From a virus, in IMG/VR virus record IMGVR_UViG_3300042888_001738, positions 65,812 through 129,811 of that record: a stretch of 64,000 nt of DNA. One strand, 5' to 3'. Positions 10,600 through 21,891 of the stretch are shown piece by piece. The notes below the pieces were generated by a model. That model made no database searches. It was not told where the DNA came from and saw only the letters and a list, made by a program, of their open reading frames with translations. The position numbers and the translations under genes were made by a program. How positions within the stretch are numbered: the stretch's first letter is position 1; each line of letters starts with the position of its first letter.

Positions 10600-12441
10600 A
10601 TGGCAGAAAAGAAAATATCTTACACGGTCCGAGATTTTCAAGGAGTAAGAACGGAGTTAATTAACTTTACAAGAACCTATTACCCTGATTTAGTTCAAAA
10701 CTTTAATGATGCGGGTATTTTCTCTGTTATGTTAGATTTAAATGCTGCAGTAACAGATAACTTAAACTTTCAGATTGATAGGAGTATACAAGAAACTGTA
10801 CTACAGTTTGCACAACAAAAGAATTCAGTATATAATATTGCAAGAACTTACGGATTAAAAATACCAGGTCAAAGACCATCAGTTGCTTTGGTTGATTTCT
10901 CAATCACGGTTCCGGCTTTTGGTGATAGAGAAGACTTAAGATATTGTGGTGTTTTAAGAAGAGGATCTCAGGTTAATGGAGCTGGACAACCATTTGAAAC
11001 GGTATATGATATTGATTTTGCGTCACCAATAAATGCTGAAGGATCACCAAATAGAGTAAAGATACCTAACTTTGATTCAAGTGGTAAACTAATTAACTAC
11101 ACAATTGTTAAAAGAGAAGTTGTTGTTAATGGTATTACTAAAGTGTATAAGAGAGTTATTACTGCTAACGATGCTAGACCTTATTTAGAATTATTCTTAC
11201 CTGAGAAAAATGTTTTGGGTATAACAAGTGTTTTATTAAAACAAGGAACACAATACTCAACAATACCTCAACCACAAGAGTTTATTACAGTAGGACCTGA
11301 TAGATGGTTCGAAGTTGATGCTTTAGTACAAGACAGAGTCTTTATTGAGGACCCAACTAAAGTTTCAGATCAACCTGGTATTAAGGTTGGTAGATATATA
11401 ACAACATCTAACAAATTCATATCCGAATATACACCTGAAGGTTTCTGTAAAATGACTTTTGGTGGTGGAAATATATCAGCAGAAGAACAATTAAGAGAAT
11501 TCGCTCGTGATGGTAAAGGTTTTGATTTAAGTAGATATACAAACAATTATGCGATGGGTGCGGCTTTGACACCTAATACAACACTATTTGTTCAGTATAG
11601 AATTGGTGGTGGGTTATCAAGTAATTTAGGTATTAACACTATCAATCAGATCGGTACCGTGTCATTTGCGGTAAACGGTCCTTCAGATTCAGTTAATAGA
11701 AGTGTTATTAATAGTTTGCAGTGTAATAACGTAACCGCAGCAATTGGGGGTGCGAACATACCAACAACTGAAGATGTTAGAAACATGGTCGCATTTAACT
11801 TTGCAGCACAAAACAGAGCTGTTACGGTAAATGACTACAACTCAATCATAAGAACAATGCCTTCTCAGTTTGGTGCACCTGCTAAAGTTGCAATCACAGA
11901 AGAAAATAATAAGATAAAAATTAAAATGTTATCTTACGACACAAGTGGTAGTTTGACAAATGTTATATCAAACACACTTAAACAAAATGTTGCCAATTAC
12001 CTATCCAACTTTAGGATGATAAATGACTATATCTCAATTGAGGCTGCGGAAACAATTGACCTATCGGTAACTGTTGACGTTGTATTAGATAATAGTCAGA
12101 ATCAAGGTGCGGTGATTGCCAAAGTGATTCAGCAGGTGAGTGAATTCTTTAACCCGTTGGTTCGAGAATTAGGTCAGAACGTTAATATATCTGAATTAAG
12201 GAGAATACTACAATCGGAAAATGGTATTGTAAGTGTGTCTGATGTTCTATTCTTTAACCAAGTTGGAGGTCAGTATTCATCAGCACAAACATCGATGCCG
12301 TATTCAGATCCATTAACAAGACAGATCCAACCAACGGCTGATACTATATTCGCAACACCAACCCAAACTTACCAAATTAGATACCCAAACAAGGATATTA
12401 ATGTAAGGGTATTGAACTTAAAATCGGTAAACTTCTCTTAG
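10600..12441 (+). CDS. baseplate wedge protein, gp6/baseplate J-like
   Basis: N-terminal RDF...ELINF, YRIGGG, AAIGGA and AQNRAVTVNDY motifs; directly follows gp25. Confidence 0.85.
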   Translation: MAEKKISYTVRDFQGVRTELINFTRTYYPDLVQNFNDAGIFSVMLDLNAAVTDNLNFQIDRSIQETVLQFAQQKNSVYNIARTYGLKIPGQRPSVALVDFSITVPAFGDREDLRYCGVLRRGSQVNGAGQPFETVYDIDFASPINAEGSPNRVKIPNFDSSGKLINYTIVKREVVVNGITKVYKRVITANDARPYLELFLPEKNVLGITSVLLKQGTQYSTIPQPQEFITVGPDRWFEVDALVQDRVFIEDPTKVSDQPGIKVGRYITTSNKFISEYTPEGFCKMTFGGGNISAEEQLREFARDGKGFDLSRYTNNYAMGAALTPNTTLFVQYRIGGGLSSNLGINTINQIGTVSFAVNGPSDSVNRSVINSLQCNNVTAAIGGANIPTTEDVRNMVAFNFAAQNRAVTVNDYNSIIRTMPSQFGAPAKVAITEENNKIKIKMLSYDTSGSLTNVISNTLKQNVANYLSNFRMINDYISIEAAETIDLSVTVDVVLDNSQNQGAVIAKVIQQVSEFFNPLVRELGQNVNISELRRILQSENGIVSVSDVLFFNQVGGQYSSAQTSMPYSDPLTRQIQPTADTIFATPTQTYQIRYPNKDINVRVLNLKSVNFS

Positions 12442-12517
12442 TAATTTATTTTTCTCAAAATAAGATTATTTTTTCTAAAATAGGAAATAAACTATTTATG
12501 AAAAAACGAAATCTTTA

Positions 12518-15500
12518 ATGCCCAAATCATATAGAATAAGAACCGAAGTTGGTGTTGACAAATACATTAACGTCAATTTAGAACAAGATTGGGAATCTTT
12601 GGAAGTATTATCCTTAAAGATTCTTGCTAATGATTTATACACAAGGATGTGTGCTGATTACGGTGTTGTAGTTGGTCGTGTTTTTGTTAATAACGGGTTT
12701 GGTTTACCAAACGCAAAAGTTTCCGTGTTTATCCCTTTGGATGATGCGGATGAAGTTGATCCCGTTATATCAGAGTTATACCCTTACAGAACGATTACGG
12801 ATACTAATGAAGAAGGTTACAGGTATAACTTACTTCCTAAATTACCATCATATCGAGGACACCAATCTACAGGTACATTCCCAAATGTGGGTGATGTATT
12901 AATGGATGAGTCATATATTGAGGTTTATGACAAATACTACAGATTTACCGTAACAACAAATGAAAGTGGTGACTTTATGATCTTTGGTGTACCAACTGGT
13001 ACCCAAACTATTGTAATGGATGTCGACCTTTCAGATATAGGTTGTTTCTCATTAGCGCCACAAGACTTAATCCAACAAGGACTTGCAACTGAAACTCAAG
13101 TTAACGGATCCACATTTAAAACCTCAACTAACTTAAGAGAATTACCACAAATTAAAAACTTGGTATTTGATGTGGATGTTGCACCATTTTGGGGTGACCA
13201 AGATTTATGTCAAGTTGGAATTACAAGAGTAGATTTCGATTTAACAAAACAAGCAAACATTAATATCCAACCTACGTCAATCTTTATGGGATCAATTATC
13301 TCAACAACAAATGACGATGCGTTAAAGGTGGGTTGTAAACCTAAAAATAATACAGGTAACTTATGTGAATTAGTTTCAGGACCTGGCGAAATACAGGCGA
13401 TTAGACATACGATCAATTCTGATGAAAATGGTTTACCGATATTAGAAGTTTATCAAGTAGAACAAGAAGGGAAAGTTATTGATCCTGACGGTACATATGT
13501 ACTCAACGTTCCGATGAACCTGGATTACGTATTCACTAATGAATTCGGAGAACAAGTATTGTCAGACGACCCAAGTAAAGGGATACCAACGAAGGGTAAA
13601 TATAGATTTAAGTTCAAGTGGCAAAACGAAGAAGGACTACAAAATAGCTTCCAAAGGGCAAATTTCTTGGTACCTAATATTAAAGAATATGGATGGTCAA
13701 ATTCTGCGAATGATCCATTTGATCAAGCAACACAATCATATACCTATCAAATATCTGCGGGTGCGATATCAGGTGTGACTCAAATACAATCATTTGGTTT
13801 TGATGCTGGTATTTCATTAGATAATGCAATAAACAGCTCGTCATATGAGGTATATTTAAATGGGGTTGAATATACAGGATCACTTAATTCAATACCGTTT
13901 AACATTGGTGATACAATACAAATTGTTGGTACGCCAATTAATCCTAACGTAACTCAAGACTTTTCGTTTACGGTTTATCCTGAAACATTATTTAATTTAT
14001 TAAAATCTTACGCATTTAGTTTAGATTGGGATGATTATGTCAATCCCCAAGAAGCGATTGATTGTGAGGATACATTCTACGAATTCAAGTACAATAAGGT
14101 ATATACGACTGCCATGTTCTTAGATAGATACAAGAACGGTATTGGTAGAGCAAAACATTTAGGTATAAAAGAAATTGATAACAGATCGTGTAAGTCTACC
14201 GTAAATACATTCCCTGTGAATGATATTATACGAAACTTTGATCCGATATTCTTCGTATTCAATATACTAATTAATATTCTAACATTTCCAATATTAGTTT
14301 TATTATTTGTTGCTCACTTTATTTCGTTTATTTGGCCAATACTAAAATATGTGTTGATAGTGTTGAGTATTTACTTAACTTATGACGCCGCGGTTGCATT
14401 ATTTAATGCAATTCAAAGTGGTATACAATTAATAAGTGCGGGAGCAGGGGTTTTCCAAGTGGGTCTTGGTGTTACTGTTAACGTTGGTTTTATTTTGGAG
14501 GGTATACGTTTAATTTTCGCAGGTATATTCCTAATTGCCGCGGCAACATTTAAACTTATACTAGCCGCAGCATTTTTAGCTTTTGCGGTTGTGGCGGCAA
14601 TTAAAGTTAAAGGGTTCCCAAGAATTGCATTACCTATGATTGCATATCCTGATTGTACAAGTTGTGATTGTGATTGTGGAAATGCGGAACAAGATGATAA
14701 TTTTGACATTAATAGTGTTAATGATGAACTTGAGGCTGCGGCTCAAACAGGTGGAAGTAGTTTTTATGATACAACATTAGTACCATCTCTTAGTATTATC
14801 GCACCTGTAAACTCAGCAGGATCTTACGAAATAGAGCATCCTAATTTAGTCGGACCCAATGATGACCCAACTCAAGATGAATACCAGTGTGGTGGAATAG
14901 GGCCATATAAAAACTTAGCTAATTTAATAGGTGATGAAGATATTAGTCAAAATTTAGCGGTTCAAGCGTCTTTAGATTTGGCTAGAGTCATTTCAGGATA
15001 CGATGTACTATCATCAACTAATCCTAACCGTCTATATGTTAATGAACAATATCTACTACACGCACCACAACCTTTTTTATGGTCTGCGGATAAACAATTA
15101 TTCCCAACCTATGACCTTGTTGCAGACGCTAGATATTTTGCATACCCACTATCTAAAACTTTCCCACAACAGCTAAACGACTTCAATACAAGAGATAAAT
15201 ATTTTAATTTTGGAGGGGCTGTTAATCAAATTAAAACTACTGTTAACCCAAGTCTAGGGTCCGAATTTTTCTTGGATCAAGTTGTGGTAATTTTGATGAG
15301 TGCCGGTGCGACAAGTCAAATAGGTGTAGGTAATGTTTGCTCATTCCAAAATCCTAACTATTTGGATACTCAGTCATCCAATCGTCTGTTAAACTTAACA
15401 GGTGCGACACTTAACCAATTCGGTACAAATTCAATTACAGGTACAACGTTAATTGGTAATTCAGTTCCAAGTCAAATAAGTTATGCGAACCCAACGAATC

Positions 15501-18097
15501 CGACTCAAAATCTTCCGGCAAACATTGTCCTTAGTTTACCTGAGGTTAGCCAACTACCAGTACAAGGTAATCCTAACGTAGAACAGAGTTATTTACAATA
15601 TGCGACAGACGTGGAATACTTCCAACTCATAACAGGATTAACTGTAAATGACTTTATAGGTATTGATCAATTAAATACTGGTTTATTCCCTAACAATTAT
15701 TTGAGACATAGTGTGTCCATTGCAACTCCAGACTGTCCTGTAGGGTCTAATAATTTTAGTTCGTGGACAATTAATAATGTTATAACCTTAATGGGTGGAT
15801 GGGAAGGTTATGAAGTTTGTATCTTCGTAAGAGGTGTCGACCCATTCACACCAAAACAAACTATAAAATATGATTTATCTAAGGTATTTGGTTTCACATC
15901 GTTAAATGGTTCGGTACAGATAGAAGGTTCTTATTATTTGAATAGACCAATACAAGGATATTCATCGTTTGCTTCAGGAAATAAACCTGTTAGTCACGTC
16001 AGTTCGACTAACAACACGTCAAACTTATATTTCCCTTCATTTGCATTTACACCTGATGTTACTAAATTTACTGCGTTCACATCTAACTTACCTTATTTCT
16101 ATTTGTGTACCGACGATACTAACGTTTCGGGTATTGGGTCATATACTCCTGTTAATACAGGTTGGCAGACTACATCAAGTTTGACTACAGGAGGTAATTT
16201 ATATCAATTACTGGCAAGTTCTAACTTCACAATACCGAGACAACAATCTGCACCGACACAATATGTTGGTGGTGGATCATTCTTGGCGTGGAATCTAAAT
16301 ATACCATTTAACTATACTTTATACACAAACTCAGGTGGTGGTTGTGATCAAGATTGTCAAAAAGATCAATATTACTCAACTCAAAATGGTTGGTTTAATA
16401 ACACAAATGTTGGTGGTAACATTTCAGTTCTTTATTCACCTGCTTATTATCGATATGGTTTAACACCTGTGACCTTCCAATCTACTAATATAGTAATGAG
16501 GAGTGATAGGTTACCTACATCAACTAAAGTGGAAAACGGACTTCAAAATAGAACGGGATATGCATTACACCAAAATAATAACTTTACGGTTTACAATGCG
16601 AGTGGTATTGCTTCTGAACCTACAATTTCTGCCGGGTTAGATTTACCAAGTGGTGAACAACAAGATGAGGATGCATTTGTATCAGGTCTTACCGATACGT
16701 TAACTTGTGAAGGTATGGTCCCATTAGAATGTTATAGTGGTTCAGGAAGTAATGTTGGTGTTATACCGTCTAGTCAATGCTCCATTCCCGCTAACCGAAT
16801 GGTTAATGGTTGTTATTGTTTGTTAAATAAAACTTATTTGGCTGAATATCCTGAAGACGCTAGATTGTTCTTAGAATGGAAAACAAGATTTACCATGAAC
16901 TTTGCTGCTTGTAGAGGTATTTTTGCTCAAGTCTTCCAAAACAATTGGATTAACGGAGTACTATATATGTTCAACTTTAACAAGAGAACAACCTTCAGTT
17001 CGATCGGTAATCCTAATTATAATTATTGTGAACAAGTTATTGTGTTTAATGACCTAAATAATAGTTTTTATTATAGATCATCACCATGGAGTGGTACTAA
17101 ATTTATAGGTAAAAATTCACCTTCATTTAACTCCTCAAACCCTTTCGCCGACTTCCCTGGTTTCGGATACAATAAAAAACAAATCCAATTTCCAACGACG
17201 GTGGTTGATTTAGGTCCGAGAGATGCGTTTATTAATGAGATTTGTTGTGGTGGAATAGATGGGTTTGGTGCGTATTTTGCTGACCAAATGAAAGCAACAT
17301 CATACCAAGATAACTCAGACATTATTCAGTTAGGGTTTTTATCTAGAATTTTAAATGATGGTGTTAGACAAAGAATGATACCTCTTAAGGTTGGTGACGA
17401 CTCAAGTGAAGGACAAGGAGTAATCCAATTCTTCAATAGTACAAGAGGTGGTTATAGAATTGATGGTGATTGGGCTCAAATGTTATCAATAAATTCTGAG
17501 TGGAAGGTATTACCATTTATTACTGAAAACGTACCAAGTAACAACTATATATTCTTTGGTGATAATGGTGCTACAGGTAATCAAATTAAACCTGTAATGG
17601 GATTATTTTTCCAAACACCAACACCTAATCTAAATTATAGAAAAATCGAATCTCCGGGAATCCAAACGTATAGTACATCACCACTTATTGAGGAAAAATT
17701 TGGTTATTCTAAGTCACAAGTTGTACCTCACTACAAATGGTCTTTAAAGACAAGTAACCCTACCTCTAATATATTTGGAACTGAAGATAACAACTGGGTT
17801 ACTGATAATGTTTATAACGGAGGGTTTTTTAGTGACAAGTATCAAGAATTAGATTTTACTAATTTAAATGAGAAATATATAACTCAAAGTACAAGATTAG
17901 GTTATATCTCTAATTACGTTAACGGAATACCAACACCACAACCCTCAATTAATACAATTATACAAGGACAACCAGTTGGTACTAATCAACAAGCAATCGT
18001 TGTCGGTGCTCCTTACCACTTCTATTTTGGATTGAATAATGGTAAGACCGCAGTAGATAGATTCTATAAACTTTATGTATCAACCGCTGAATTGTAA
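12518..18097 (+). CDS. very large baseplate/tail-associated protein (1859 aa) with an N-terminal beta-sandwich and a central hydrophobic segment
   Basis: GRV...GLPNAKVSVF...TTNESGDFMIFGVP (carboxypeptidase-regulatory-like); ~120-aa hydrophobic stretch; TATTTAT at 12493-12499; baseplate context. Confidence 0.75.
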   Translation: MPKSYRIRTEVGVDKYINVNLEQDWESLEVLSLKILANDLYTRMCADYGVVVGRVFVNNGFGLPNAKVSVFIPLDDADEVDPVISELYPYRTITDTNEEGYRYNLLPKLPSYRGHQSTGTFPNVGDVLMDESYIEVYDKYYRFTVTTNESGDFMIFGVPTGTQTIVMDVDLSDIGCFSLAPQDLIQQGLATETQVNGSTFKTSTNLRELPQIKNLVFDVDVAPFWGDQDLCQVGITRVDFDLTKQANINIQPTSIFMGSIISTTNDDALKVGCKPKNNTGNLCELVSGPGEIQAIRHTINSDENGLPILEVYQVEQEGKVIDPDGTYVLNVPMNLDYVFTNEFGEQVLSDDPSKGIPTKGKYRFKFKWQNEEGLQNSFQRANFLVPNIKEYGWSNSANDPFDQATQSYTYQISAGAISGVTQIQSFGFDAGISLDNAINSSSYEVYLNGVEYTGSLNSIPFNIGDTIQIVGTPINPNVTQDFSFTVYPETLFNLLKSYAFSLDWDDYVNPQEAIDCEDTFYEFKYNKVYTTAMFLDRYKNGIGRAKHLGIKEIDNRSCKSTVNTFPVNDIIRNFDPIFFVFNILINILTFPILVLLFVAHFISFIWPILKYVLIVLSIYLTYDAAVALFNAIQSGIQLISAGAGVFQVGLGVTVNVGFILEGIRLIFAGIFLIAAATFKLILAAAFLAFAVVAAIKVKGFPRIALPMIAYPDCTSCDCDCGNAEQDDNFDINSVNDELEAAAQTGGSSFYDTTLVPSLSIIAPVNSAGSYEIEHPNLVGPNDDPTQDEYQCGGIGPYKNLANLIGDEDISQNLAVQASLDLARVISGYDVLSSTNPNRLYVNEQYLLHAPQPFLWSADKQLFPTYDLVADARYFAYPLSKTFPQQLNDFNTRDKYFNFGGAVNQIKTTVNPSLGSEFFLDQVVVILMSAGATSQIGVGNVCSFQNPNYLDTQSSNRLLNLTGATLNQFGTNSITGTTLIGNSVPSQISYANPTNPTQNLPANIVLSLPEVSQLPVQGNPNVEQSYLQYATDVEYFQLITGLTVNDFIGIDQLNTGLFPNNYLRHSVSIATPDCPVGSNNFSSWTINNVITLMGGWEGYEVCIFVRGVDPFTPKQTIKYDLSKVFGFTSLNGSVQIEGSYYLNRPIQGYSSFASGNKPVSHVSSTNNTSNLYFPSFAFTPDVTKFTAFTSNLPYFYLCTDDTNVSGIGSYTPVNTGWQTTSSLTTGGNLYQLLASSNFTIPRQQSAPTQYVGGGSFLAWNLNIPFNYTLYTNSGGGCDQDCQKDQYYSTQNGWFNNTNVGGNISVLYSPAYYRYGLTPVTFQSTNIVMRSDRLPTSTKVENGLQNRTGYALHQNNNFTVYNASGIASEPTISAGLDLPSGEQQDEDAFVSGLTDTLTCEGMVPLECYSGSGSNVGVIPSSQCSIPANRMVNGCYCLLNKTYLAEYPEDARLFLEWKTRFTMNFAACRGIFAQVFQNNWINGVLYMFNFNKRTTFSSIGNPNYNYCEQVIVFNDLNNSFYYRSSPWSGTKFIGKNSPSFNSSNPFADFPGFGYNKKQIQFPTTVVDLGPRDAFINEICCGGIDGFGAYFADQMKATSYQDNSDIIQLGFLSRILNDGVRQRMIPLKVGDDSSEGQGVIQFFNSTRGGYRIDGDWAQMLSINSEWKVLPFITENVPSNNYIFFGDNGATGNQIKPVMGLFFQTPTPNLNYRKIESPGIQTYSTSPLIEEKFGYSKSQVVPHYKWSLKTSNPTSNIFGTEDNNWVTDNVYNGGFFSDKYQELDFTNLNEKYITQSTRLGYISNYVNGIPTPQPSINTIIQGQPVGTNQQAIVVGAPYHFYFGLNNGKTAVDRFYKLYVSTAEL

Positions 18098-19896
18098 TGA
18101 CCGTAGACCCAACAGAAAGAATAATATTATCTACACAGAGGTATAAGTCAGCACCAAGAACTGATCAATTTATAAATGTACCTTTAGCTCAAACTTCTAA
18201 AGATTTAGTTGAATACGATAGAAGTGTTGATTTGAATTTGGTAAATGTTTTTGAGGAAGAAAGACAATTATCTAGTATTTTCAGACCAGTTACTAAGTTT
18301 ACAATTTTATTTGAAAATGGAATTTCTGGATCAACAACTTATGTCCCATACAGAGACAATCTGTACTACACAAATGCTGTCGGGAACGCTCAAGACTATT
18401 ATTATCAAGGTAATCAACCATCAGTTCCACCATTACCCACTAATCAAAATGTGCCGTGGGACGGTTTACCACAATACCCTGAGTTTGATTTTATAAGAAC
18501 TGATAATAGTGTCATTGGTTACACACAACCACCCAATAATCACCTTACATTTAAGAATGTTAGTGCAACAACATACAATTGGTCTCATCATATAAGTTAT
18601 CCATATGCTAATGACTTTACAAAAACATTATTCACGGTTGAACCCGATTCACCTATAACATGGTCTTGGGTTGTGTCGAATGGAATACCTTATTATGTGG
18701 TTGCAGGGGCTAACCTACAAAGAAACAACATTGTTTTTAAATCCCCGATGAAACACGGATTATCGGTTGGTGAATATGTTTATTTATCTGTAAATTATAA
18801 TGGTAATAGCATGTTCCAAGTAACGTCTTTAGGTGACGGAGCTTCAGGATCTGACGAATATATTTTTAATATTAGAAATGTCGGATATACAGGAACCACT
18901 TTCCAAACCAACACCCAAGGAACGTTTAGAAGAGTGGTAAACGCTGCAAATTCAGCAGATACTATAAGTCAGTACTATATCCGTAAACACAGAATAATAA
19001 CTAACCCTGATTGTGCAGTTTTGGTAAACGCGGGTTTTGAAAGAAATATTTATGGTGATAAAAAGAAATGTGAAATTAAAGTTTTAACACCAAATCAAAA
19101 ACAAAGAACGTCAATTAAAGAAGGTAGTAGATCTTATACTTTATCGTTTAATTGTGATATCGATATAAATGGTTTAAGAGACAATCAAAATAGACCACTT
19201 ACACAACTTTTCTTCACGACAATTTGGAGAGGTTATTTTGGTTGGACAAGAAACATGAAACAAGGATGGGAATTCAACACATTTTTACAAGATAATAAAC
19301 CTCAAACTTGGTGGGATCAAAATAACCCCAATTCAAATACAAATATCCCACAGGGGCAATATACTTCTTTAGTAGGTTCAGGACCTTTCTTTTATAACCA
19401 ACTTTTACAATCAGGTGATACTATTGACGGAGATTTTTGTGAGTGGAATAGCTTTAATCAACTTGAGAGAGTTATATCAACATACCAACACAAGATTAAA
19501 TTCAATCAAAATTGGTTCGGGATTTTTAATAATGGTTTAAATAGTACTAATCAAATTGGATACTTCTACCAACCACATAACCCAGTACAGATTGGTGCGT
19601 TTTCTGACTACATAGAAGAGGGTAGCTCAACTACTGTTGTGGGTATACCGCCATATGCATATTACTCAACAACTAACGCTTTGTTTAGATGGAGAGATCT
19701 ATATCCGTATGGGTTTGTGGATACTGATGGTATTGGGGTCGATTTTCCATTTATGAATGGTGCTCACTATCCATATATTAATACGATTTTTAGAATTACA
19801 CCTGAAAATTATAACATACCAAGTGATTACGCTCAAGGTAAAGTTCCACAGAACATAAACACAATTGAGGATCCATTAGTAGATGAATGCGAATAA
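18097..19896 (+). CDS. putative virion structural protein (599 aa)
   Basis: TAATG-coupled to the previous gene; N/T/G/aromatic-rich; structural operon. Confidence 0.7.
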   Translation: MTVDPTERIILSTQRYKSAPRTDQFINVPLAQTSKDLVEYDRSVDLNLVNVFEEERQLSSIFRPVTKFTILFENGISGSTTYVPYRDNLYYTNAVGNAQDYYYQGNQPSVPPLPTNQNVPWDGLPQYPEFDFIRTDNSVIGYTQPPNNHLTFKNVSATTYNWSHHISYPYANDFTKTLFTVEPDSPITWSWVVSNGIPYYVVAGANLQRNNIVFKSPMKHGLSVGEYVYLSVNYNGNSMFQVTSLGDGASGSDEYIFNIRNVGYTGTTFQTNTQGTFRRVVNAANSADTISQYYIRKHRIITNPDCAVLVNAGFERNIYGDKKKCEIKVLTPNQKQRTSIKEGSRSYTLSFNCDIDINGLRDNQNRPLTQLFFTTIWRGYFGWTRNMKQGWEFNTFLQDNKPQTWWDQNNPNSNTNIPQGQYTSLVGSGPFFYNQLLQSGDTIDGDFCEWNSFNQLERVISTYQHKIKFNQNWFGIFNNGLNSTNQIGYFYQPHNPVQIGAFSDYIEEGSSTTVVGIPPYAYYSTTNALFRWRDLYPYGFVDTDGIGVDFPFMNGAHYPYINTIFRITPENYNIPSDYAQGKVPQNINTIEDPLVDECE

Positions 19897-20686
19897 AGTT
19901 AAAATATTAAAAACCGATTTAGATCAGTCTATTAATATCCCAATTAATATGCAATGGGATTTTACTGGTAGAGATGAGGCGATAAGTGAATACGAAACAA
20001 GTATATTACAACAAGTAATTGGTGTCGCGACAGATTTTGAAATTGCGAGGTTTGCTCACAACGTATTCCCCAATTTTGATTCTGCGATTGATTATGAGTT
20101 TTATTTTTATGATTATACCCAACCTATCACAGCAACTACTATCGGGTCATGGGATGTTTCATATTTAGATCTTGGGTTCAGTGCGGAACAAGTATATTAC
20201 TATAGTAAACCATTCACAAAGTCATTCTTTAAGTTAGACCTTTTCGATAGTGATAATGAAAAGACACAACAATTGTACCTATCACTTATTTTACCGGTAC
20301 AACAAGGTAGAACTGAAACGGTGATATTATCACCTTTAATTGGTCCGATCGAAATTAAAAAACCTAAGATGGTTTTGGATTATATTGGGGATAAAGAAGG
20401 ATTCTTCATTTATTGGTTAAGAAGTAGAGAGATTATAAATGTTGATACTTTCTATATGACTGCAAGTTTCTTTGATGCCAGAACAGGAGTCTTCAAAAGA
20501 ATGACTAATACCAAACAAGATTTGATTATACCTGACAAATTTACTTTTGATAACTCTACATATTTCTATTATAGAGTAGATTTGGATTATAACCAAAAAA
20601 CATACGAAGTGTTTTCAACCCAAACCAACCTAAGAGTTGGTGATTCAACAACACCGATAAAATGGTATGAATATGTTAACCCATAA
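19883..20686 (+). CDS. putative virion structural protein (267 aa)
   Basis: Overlapping gene in the structural operon. Confidence 0.7.
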   Translation: MNANKVKILKTDLDQSINIPINMQWDFTGRDEAISEYETSILQQVIGVATDFEIARFAHNVFPNFDSAIDYEFYFYDYTQPITATTIGSWDVSYLDLGFSAEQVYYYSKPFTKSFFKLDLFDSDNEKTQQLYLSLILPVQQGRTETVILSPLIGPIEIKKPKMVLDYIGDKEGFFIYWLRSREIINVDTFYMTASFFDARTGVFKRMTNTKQDLIIPDKFTFDNSTYFYYRVDLDYNQKTYEVFSTQTNLRVGDSTTPIKWYEYVNP

Positions 20687-21861
20687 TGGAATTGCAAGAA
20701 TATAAGTTTATTATTTCACCCGAGAACATCAAAAGTGATCTTGTATTTGTTTCATATACGGGGGATACAGATATTACAACAATTATCGATCCTTGTTGTT
20801 TAACCGCGACAACGATTAGTGCGACAACCACAGGTACCACGGGTGTTTATTTACCTATGGATTATCTTTTATCTGGTAATACAGGTGGAACATCATTTTT
20901 AACGGGACTTTCCGTTAACATCATGTTTACTGAATCTGCGGTTGATTTTGGGTATTATACACCAACAGATGGTTTGATAATTCAGGCGGACGTATTGAAT
21001 AATTTTATTGTAACGGCTAACACTCTAAACCCATATACGTTTACATTTTATAATACCTCCGATTTGGAGTTTATAAAGTTCTTACAATTATCAAAATATA
21101 GTTTAGATTGGGGTGATGGATCGCCAATACAGCCTATTTTGGGTATAACACCTTTATCACACACTTACCCAACCGCACCGAATACATATACAATTACTTT
21201 AACCGCAAGTTCACCTTGGGGTATCTCTAAGGTTGAGAAAACGGTGATCACACCATATACAAACGTTGTTATAACCAACCCTCAAGGTAGTATTACTTTC
21301 TATCCTGCAGGTGGTACTTGGACTGGCACACCGATCAGTTATGATTATATTTTTACGGGAGATTCAAACACAGATATCAACGATTATTATTCATACAATT
21401 ACACTTCAGTACCATTCGTAGTCACAGGTTTCACTGAATCAACATTAAATGATTTGGCACAATATGGACCAAAAATAAATTTAGCGGGTGGTAAATATAA
21501 ATTGGGTGTTCAGGTTACAGGTACAACAGGAGAGATCGGAACATATTGGGGTGTTGATCCTACAGGTCTTTATTCGGCGTACACTATTAATGGTGTAAAC
21601 TATTTTGATTACGAAGATTATACAATTTATATAACCGAATCTTATGGTTTAGTACCAGGTGATTTAGTTTTAAGTGCGTTAACCAAAAACGAAGCCCTGT
21701 TAAATGTTATTGATGAACCTGAAATAATCACAAATGTATTTGTTGAACGAGGTAAATATACTGCGTTAGAAAATGTGATGAGGTTAGGGGAAGTTGATAA
21801 TGTGGGTGATTTAGAAAAATACGGATACAAATATTTTAATGTTGAAAAAGTATCCACTTAA
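20686..21861 (+). CDS. putative structural protein with a PKD-like domain
   Basis: LDWGDGS...SHTY...YTITLT is a PKD signature; Thr-rich. Confidence 0.7.
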   Translation: MELQEYKFIISPENIKSDLVFVSYTGDTDITTIIDPCCLTATTISATTTGTTGVYLPMDYLLSGNTGGTSFLTGLSVNIMFTESAVDFGYYTPTDGLIIQADVLNNFIVTANTLNPYTFTFYNTSDLEFIKFLQLSKYSLDWGDGSPIQPILGITPLSHTYPTAPNTYTITLTASSPWGISKVEKTVITPYTNVVITNPQGSITFYPAGGTWTGTPISYDYIFTGDSNTDINDYYSYNYTSVPFVVTGFTESTLNDLAQYGPKINLAGGKYKLGVQVTGTTGEIGTYWGVDPTGLYSAYTINGVNYFDYEDYTIYITESYGLVPGDLVLSALTKNEALLNVIDEPEIITNVFVERGKYTALENVMRLGEVDNVGDLEKYGYKYFNVEKVST

Positions 21862-21891
21862 CTATTTATAAAAAAGGAAAAAAGATTAAAA

